Source: Eubacteriales bacterium
GTDB lineage: Bacteria; Bacillota; Clostridia; Oscillospirales; CAG-272
Reading direction: 5' to 3'
Length of the DNA stretch: 39,243 bases
NCBI GenBank assembly: GCA_045655025.1
Contig: JAZOOM010000235.1
Span: 1-39,243, forward strand
Shown: positions 33,953 to 39,243 of the stretch, one piece after another
Position numbering within the stretch: the first letter of the stretch is position 1
How the letters are laid out: every line of letters starts with the position of its first letter
Translations under genes and position numbers: made by a program
The notes under the pieces: generated by a model
The model's input: only the letters and a program-made list of their open reading frames with translations
What the model was told of the DNA's origin: nothing
Databases searched by the model: none

Positions 33953-35374
33953 ATGAAAAAGCTGCTTCTGCTCGCGCTGGCCACCACGATTCTGCTTGCT
34001 TCTTTTGCCTCCTGCTCCCGCCGCGGGGCTTATGAGGATCAATTGGAAAGCCAAAAGGAAGCCGCATCCATGGATGCAGCTATGGACACAGGTCCTGTCC
34101 GCGGTGAGAATCACGAGGACTACGATGTGACCATGGAGATCGACACCGAAGCCAAAACAGAGGGGAATACCTCGGGTAATGTGCAAGATCCGCCCGCCGA
34201 CGAGCCCCCAAGCTCCACATTCTACCGTGGTGGCACGCTCCTGCCCACGGGTAAGAAATACTACGTGAATTCGGTGGCATACTTCTACAACAACTTGACA
34301 GGCAACATCAGCCATTGGTGCAGCGATCCTCTGTGTCCCCACGACGAGAGCTGTATCTGGTCGAGTAATCTGTACGCCAAGCTGGAATACGTCAGCGACA
34401 AGCATATCTATTTCATATCCGACTACGGCGATATGGTGCCTAAGCTGTACCGTTGCGACCTACAGCGGAACAACATTGAGCTTTTGTACGAGCTGCCCGG
34501 CGTGGCCGAGGACAAGGCTACCTACTACGACCATGTTGAGGTGGTCTACGAGAAGGGGGACAAGGTCTATTTCGTCCAGAGCGAATACAAGTCCCAGGGA
34601 AAGAGCGTGACCGCCTTCAAGGTGTTGGACGCGGTTTCCAAGGAGATCACGGTTTTGTCGGGAGACAAGAGCGTACAGATCGAGGCCGTTGTTCGGGACA
34701 TGGTCTACTATTCTCTGCGCGGTGTTGCCTCGGCGGAGGATACGGTGATCTACAAAACCGATCTGTCCTTTGCGAATGCGGAGGAAGCCTTCAAGGCCTG
34801 TACCATCCGTGACTACAACAACGAATATATGCTGATAGAAAAATACGAAAACGGCTACGGCTGGACAACACTCAATCCCGTCTATGCTTACTGCATGAAC
34901 ACGGGCACCTATATCCCCCTGCCCACAGGTGACGGAGCCGTGAACTTCAAGCTGTCGGGGGACTGCGTTTTCTTTGAAAAGCCCCTTTCGGCGGAGGAGA
35001 TCCAAGGCTCCCCCTTGAAGGATTACTATGAATACACCTGGCAGACTCGGGAGGAGATGCCCGACGGCACGGTCATCACCAGCGGGATCAAGAACGCCTC
35101 CACCACCCGCGCGGGGAAAATCTACCGCATGAAGCTTGGGAGTGAGAAAATCGAATGCGTGGTGAGCTTTGCCTACAAGGATATCCCTGTTCGCATTGAG
35201 GACTTTGAGGTAAATGGTGACAAGGTTTACTTCACCTTCAAAAACCACGAGGAGTTCAAGAATTTCTACAATCAGGATTTTGACGAAATGAGTCAATATG
35301 TATTCCCTCATTACGCCGTAGCGGATCTGAAGGGACAGAATGTGACCATTTTGAGCTTTGACGGGCTGGATTAA
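33953..35374 (+). CDS. Cell-surface propeller-like lipoprotein, subfamily A (A4)
   Basis: Lipobox LLASFASC. Motifs CSRRGAYEDQLESQKEA, FYNNLTGNISHWCSDPLCPHDESCIW, YRCDLQRNN, SPLKDYYEYTW, GKIYRMKLG, FKNHEEFKNFYNQD. Confidence 0.9.
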   Translation: MKKLLLLALATTILLASFASCSRRGAYEDQLESQKEAASMDAAMDTGPVRGENHEDYDVTMEIDTEAKTEGNTSGNVQDPPADEPPSSTFYRGGTLLPTGKKYYVNSVAYFYNNLTGNISHWCSDPLCPHDESCIWSSNLYAKLEYVSDKHIYFISDYGDMVPKLYRCDLQRNNIELLYELPGVAEDKATYYDHVEVVYEKGDKVYFVQSEYKSQGKSVTAFKVLDAVSKEITVLSGDKSVQIEAVVRDMVYYSLRGVASAEDTVIYKTDLSFANAEEAFKACTIRDYNNEYMLIEKYENGYGWTTLNPVYAYCMNTGTYIPLPTGDGAVNFKLSGDCVFFEKPLSAEEIQGSPLKDYYEYTWQTREEMPDGTVITSGIKNASTTRAGKIYRMKLGSEKIECVVSFAYKDIPVRIEDFEVNGDKVYFTFKNHEEFKNFYNQDFDEMSQYVFPHYAVADLKGQNVTILSFDGLD

Positions 35375-35397
35375 GAGGATTTGGCCCTGTGATAAAA

Positions 35398-35449
35398 AGA
35401 GCCGACTTGAGGTAGGCCATCCTACTGACAAGCCGGCTCTGTCGTTTTT
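35398..35449 (+). terminator. Probable terminator after A4
   Basis: 12-bp stem AGAGCCGACTTG / CAAGCCGGCTCT (one mismatch) around a 19-nt loop. TTTTT starts 4 nt after the stem. It is less canonical than the other terminators. Confidence 0.5.
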
Positions 35450-35570
35450 CGTGATCCATGCCCCTTTTTACGAAAAAAATGAGAAATATTTTTCAAAAAC
35501 GACGGTTTCCCGTTTTCGGTTCCGTCTTTATCAGTGAAGGGGGCGGTAACAGGAAGGGAGGCGCGGTCAA

Positions 35571-36137
35571 TTGAAGGATGATGGGATCATCGAGCTGTTG
35601 CAAAGCCGTGATGAGAAGGCCATCGAAATGACGGCGGAACGGTACGGACGTTACTGTATGCAGATCGCCATGAATATTCTGCACAATGAATGGGACGCGG
35701 AGGAATGTGTGAACGATGCCTATCTTCGCTTGTGGAACAGCATCCCGCCCGCGCGCCCGAAAGTCCTGCGGGCATTTCTCGGGCGGATCGTGCGGAATCT
35801 GTCCATTGACCGCCACCGCTCTATCCACCGCGCGGGCTACAACAGCGATCTGGAGGTGTCTCTGGAGGGCTTGATGGAGGAGCTGGGGGACTGTATTCCG
35901 AGCGATGATGAGGTCCCCGGCTCGGTGCTGGAGGCATTACCCGGGCTGTTTGACGGTTTTCTGGAGAAGGAGACCGAGCTGAACCGCAAGCTGTTCGTGG
36001 GCCGGTATTGGCATGGCTACAGCATGGTTGTACTGGCGGAGGGCTATGGGATTTCCGAGGATGCGGTAGACGGACGGTTGCGGCGGATTCGGGAGCGGTT
36101 GCGGAATTATCTGGAAGAGAGGGGGATTCGAATATGA
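35571..36137 (+). CDS. ECF-sized sigma-70 family sigma factor (sigma 2)
   Basis: TTG start with GGGAGG about 9 nt upstream. Region 2-like DAEECVNDAYLRLWNSIPPARP...RNLSIDRHR. Region 4-like VVLAEGYGISEDAVDGRLRRIRERLR. Paralog of 3157..3735. Confidence 0.8.
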   Translation: MKDDGIIELLQSRDEKAIEMTAERYGRYCMQIAMNILHNEWDAEECVNDAYLRLWNSIPPARPKVLRAFLGRIVRNLSIDRHRSIHRAGYNSDLEVSLEGLMEELGDCIPSDDEVPGSVLEALPGLFDGFLEKETELNRKLFVGRYWHGYSMVVLAEGYGISEDAVDGRLRRIRERLRNYLEERGIRI

Positions 36138-37495
36138 GGAGAACCAACTATGAGGCTTATAAGCAGCTCAGCGGTATACGGGACGATTACATCACCGAAG
36201 CCGAGCTGCCCATGGCATATGTGAAAAGAAGCATGAGGCGCAGGCGGCTGAAAAACAGACTCAGCCGTGTGGTGCAAAGCAACTGGTTTGTTGCCGCTGT
36301 ATGCACCATTGTATCCTTGAGCACGGTCTCTTGGATCGCATATATGGGGCAGAGGATACCCACGGAGGTTCCCCCGCCTTATGGCAGTATGCAGGAGAGC
36401 ACCGCCACGCAGTATGGCGATCAGGATCCTATGATCTTGTATGCCAATCCCTACGAGGGCATGAGCCGGGAGGAGCTGTATGAGCTCTACGCAAGACAGG
36501 AGACCGCCATTTCCCGGGCCGTGACGGATCATGCCAACAGACAGTACCAAACCCCGTACTACGTGTTTGTGAGCGACACGGAAAAAGAAGCCCGTGTATT
36601 TAATAAGCTGACGGGAAAATATGAGAGCATTTGCAAGATAGAGGGGTGTGAACACACCAATCCGGAGGACTGTCCCGCCACGTATACGAAAGGCCTTGTT
36701 CCGGGTTCATTACGGGTGGCGAACGACTGCGTCTACGCGATTCTGGACACCGGGCAAGGTGAGCAGGCTCTGTTTACCTTCGATTTGGATCTGACTAATC
36801 CGCAGATGCGGGGAGCGTACACATCACCGTCTCCCTTGGTTATGGCCTATCGGAATCTCCTTGTGGCTAACGGCACCATCTACGATGTGTGTATGAGCAT
36901 TACCCCTAAAGACGGCCGATTCCATTTTGATTCGGCGCGCTTCATCGTTGAAAATGGGGATATACAGGAGTTTGCGAGCATGATCTCCCACATACGGGAC
37001 GGGGCGCTTTTGTACTTTTCTACCCATGAAGGAATTATGCAAGCGAACCTGCAAACGGGAGAGATCGTCACTCTGCTCTCTGCCGCAGAGCTGGGGTATG
37101 AGGTCTACGATCTCCCGGAACGGGACAGCAGCAGCGGATATCCACTGCTCACCGCCTTGAAAAACGGCCGATTGTATATCGAAACCGTCACGGTCACGGG
37201 AGAGAGCCGTTACTGTACCTTGACGCTGGACACCATGACTCTTGATCCGTATATACCCGCTTGGGAGGAGACCGCGCCCGAATCGTTCCTTGTTTACGAC
37301 GGGACTGCCTACATGGTGAAGCAGGGCGTTGTTTATGCCACACCGTTGGATGGGGCTGACACCAAAATGGTCGCCCGCCTCCCCGATGGGCGGGCGTGTA
37401 TCCTTGTTTCCTGTGATGGCAGGATCCTGTATGCGGAAACCGAAACTCATATTCTGATGATTGAGTTGGAAACAGGAAAGATTTATATTCCATAA
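36134..37495 (+). CDS. Putative anti-sigma factor whose extracytoplasmic domain belongs to the propeller-lipoprotein family (anti-sigma 2)
   Basis: ATG 36134 overlaps the sigma 2 stop (ATGA). The track start at 36008 is inside sigma 2. About 50-aa cytoplasmic part, then a TM (WFVAAVCTIVSLSTVSWIAYMG). Family motifs follow: ANPYEGMSREELYELY, TPYYVFV, FNKLTGKYESICKIEGCEHTNPEDC, FTFDLDLTNP, C-terminal DGRILYAE...IELETGKIY. Confidence 0.75.
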   Translation: MRRTNYEAYKQLSGIRDDYITEAELPMAYVKRSMRRRRLKNRLSRVVQSNWFVAAVCTIVSLSTVSWIAYMGQRIPTEVPPPYGSMQESTATQYGDQDPMILYANPYEGMSREELYELYARQETAISRAVTDHANRQYQTPYYVFVSDTEKEARVFNKLTGKYESICKIEGCEHTNPEDCPATYTKGLVPGSLRVANDCVYAILDTGQGEQALFTFDLDLTNPQMRGAYTSPSPLVMAYRNLLVANGTIYDVCMSITPKDGRFHFDSARFIVENGDIQEFASMISHIRDGALLYFSTHEGIMQANLQTGEIVTLLSAAELGYEVYDLPERDSSSGYPLLTALKNGRLYIETVTVTGESRYCTLTLDTMTLDPYIPAWEETAPESFLVYDGTAYMVKQGVVYATPLDGADTKMVARLPDGRACILVSCDGRILYAETETHILMIELETGKIYIP

Positions 37496-37522
37496 TGAAA
37501 TAACCGCGAAAGGGGCGATCTC

Positions 37523-39243
37523 ATGATCCGATACGAAATCAAAAAGCTGTTTGGCAACAAATTCATCCCCATTTTCTTTGTCATCATGTTCGCCTTGAAC
37601 CTACTGCTATCCTACTACGCCGCCCCTCGCTCACGGGGTGAGCTGAACCTGCATTCCGAGCTGGATGCGGAGACCCAGGCCATTGTGGATGAAATGTACG
37701 CACGCTACGAGGCGAATCCCGAGACGTTCATGGAAGAATTCTCAAGCTGTCGGGCGTACTATCTGACATCCATCGAAATGACCTCTCTGGTGACCGAGAA
37801 GAACATGGAAGCCATGATGCGGGGCGAGGAGGGCAACTACACCATACAGGATTTTTGGCCAGAATATAACGAGGAAATTCAAGCCAAGGTGGATCTTTAT
37901 TTCAATACCTATCGGTATTTCTACCGCGTCAGTGGATACGTCACGGAGGAGTACCCCGCGCTTCTGAAGAGTGTGATCGACAACGCCAAGCTGTTTCAGG
38001 AGGAATACCTGGCCTACGGCATGAGCGCGGACAGCTACGAATACCACTACCAGAGCGACGTGATCGACGTTTACTCCGTAAACAAGAATCTGCCCATTCG
38101 CTTTGAGGATCGCAAGGGGTGGGATATGTATTTCACCTATACCGACGGCAATATCTGTATGCTGCTATTCATCCTCGTCCTCATCCCGGGACTTCTGCTG
38201 GATGAGAAAAAGAACGGCACCTTTCCCATTCTCCGCGCCACGAAACAAGGACAGTTGGCTCTGATCGTCACCAAATACATAGCCCTGCTGCTGGTCTCTG
38301 CCGCTTCCGTCCTGCTGTTCAGCGGAGCCACGTGGATCATTTTCGGATTGGAAAGCGGCGGGTATTCCTCTCTCTCCAACTTCGCGCAGATCTTTGAGGT
38401 GAACGTGTACTGCCCGTACATCGTCACGGTGGGTGAATATCTCGGTTTGACCCTGCTCATCAAAATACTCTCCCTGTTCTCGGTGGGCTCTCTGCTCATG
38501 ACGGTTTCCTTGTTGGTCAAGAATCACGCTCTCAGCTACCTTGCGGGGCTGATCTTCGGAGGGGCAAACTTCGCCGTCCACTTCACGGATTTTCTGGACA
38601 CGGATCATCCTCTCCGCCTACTCAACATCTTCACCGTCATGGATACCGAGGTGTGCTTCACCCGTTACCATGCCATCAATATGTTCGGGCGGTGTCTGCC
38701 CTATTTGTCCGCTATTTTCCTCTTTTTCGGTCTGCTTTTGGCCTGTACCGCCGTGGCGACGGGACTGCTTTACTGTCGTACCCCCGGTGTTCATAAGGTA
38801 CGGCGGAGGAAGTCGCGGAGCAAGCGGGCGATATTCACCAAGGCCATCCCGTGCCCCGTGCGTCTCATGGGCGTGTACGAGCTGCACAAGCATTTGGTGG
38901 CGGGAAAATGGCTACTCCTGATCCTGGCCGTCCTGCTGGTCAAGGGCTATACGGTGTACACCACCGAATCGGTGGCGTACTCCTTTTCGGACGCGGTCTA
39001 CCGGGACTACATGGAGCTTTTGGCGGGAGAAGTCACCGACGCCAAGCTTGCCTACATGGAGGACGAGCGCGCCTATCTGGACAGCATCCTTTCCTCCGAG
39101 GAAATCATGAAGGAGGAGTACGCGAGCAAGGAGATCTCCTTTGCCGAATACATGGAATACCAGGACGAGCTGGATACGGCAAAGGCCAAAGACCCCATTT
39201 TCGTGTCCGTGGAAGCCCAGCGGGATCACCTGCTTGCCTTGCG
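37523..39243 (+). CDS. Fused ABC-2-type transporter permease (Perm4); 3' end outside window
   Basis: Absent from the supplied ORF track because there is no stop codon in the window. ATG 37523 has GAAAGGGG upstream. My translation MIRYEIKKLFGNKFIPIFF... stays open to the window end and is colinear with Perm3 (LLDEKKNGTFPILRATKQG vs LLDEKKNGTYPIIRATKLG; second half begins YELHKHLVAGKW). Confidence 0.85.
   Translation, partial: MIRYEIKKLFGNKFIPIFFVIMFALNLLLSYYAAPRSRGELNLHSELDAETQAIVDEMYARYEANPETFMEEFSSCRAYYLTSIEMTSLVTEKNMEAMMRGEEGNYTIQDFWPEYNEEIQAKVDLYFNTYRYFYRVSGYVTEEYPALLKSVIDNAKLFQEEYLAYGMSADSYEYHYQSDVIDVYSVNKNLPIRFEDRKGWDMYFTYTDGNICMLLFILVLIPGLLLDEKKNGTFPILRATKQGQLALIVTKYIALLLVSAASVLLFSGATWIIFGLESGGYSSLSNFAQIFEVNVYCPYIVTVGEYLGLTLLIKILSLFSVGSLLMTVSLLVKNHALSYLAGLIFGGANFAVHFTDFLDTDHPLRLLNIFTVMDTEVCFTRYHAINMFGRCLPYLSAIFLFFGLLLACTAVATGLLYCRTPGVHKVRRRKSRSKRAIFTKAIPCPVRLMGVYELHKHLVAGKWLLLILAVLLVKGYTVYTTESVAYSFSDAVYRDYMELLAGEVTDAKLAYMEDERAYLDSILSSEEIMKEEYASKEISFAEYMEYQDELDTAKAKDPIFVSVEAQRDHLLAL

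Noticed and set aside
1-39243. Mobile element, prophage, CRISPR, DGR or tRNA/rRNA explanation for the repeated DNA.
   Set aside because: I saw no transposase, integrase, reverse transcriptase, terminal inverted repeats, spacer-repeat arrays or structured RNA genes. All long repeats correspond to paralogous genes or their promoter and terminator flanks, which fits in-situ duplication and conversion.

Overview
The window is a densely packed accessory locus. It is almost entirely on the + strand and looks like a moderately high-GC Firmicute, probably Clostridia (AGGAGG-type RBSs, lipoboxes, extended -10 promoters); the taxon is a guess. I saw no rRNA, tRNA, CRISPR array, transposase or integrase.

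About half of the DNA encodes 14 paralogs of one secreted or membrane-tethered protein family. Each has a conserved Cys/His cluster (C-x-D-P-x-C-x-H-x(2-5)-C), about six [ILV]Y[YF]...Y-x-x-D repeats that suggest a beta-propeller, and a Y-Q-T-Y-K-D-F / F-K-N-F-Y-N tail.
- Subfamily A: 4 lipoproteins.
- Subfamily B: 2 signal-anchored proteins.
- Subfamily C: 7 lipoproteins with a Pro/Thr/Asn/Asp linker.
- One further copy forms the extracytoplasmic domain of a putative anti-sigma factor.

Interleaved with these are:
- four very large, internally duplicated ABC-2-type permeases (the last is cut by the window end and is absent from the ORF track);
- three ABC ATPases, two of them nearly identical in protein but with many synonymous differences, and one with a degenerate signature motif;
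- two BspA-type LRR lipoproteins;
- two ECF-sized sigma factors, each translationally coupled to a membrane protein;
- one divergently transcribed LytTR response regulator with a single-TM GHKL kinase.

Non-coding structure includes a promoter cassette with a perfect 12-bp palindrome (two copies share 66 identical bp), duplicated terminators, 21-bp-spaced direct repeats in the divergent promoter region, and perfect-identity tracts that make the C paralogs mosaic.

I think the recurrent regulator + ABC-2 transporter + LRR lipoprotein + propeller-lipoprotein module is the candidate undescribed system. Its function is unknown and every functional idea below is inference.
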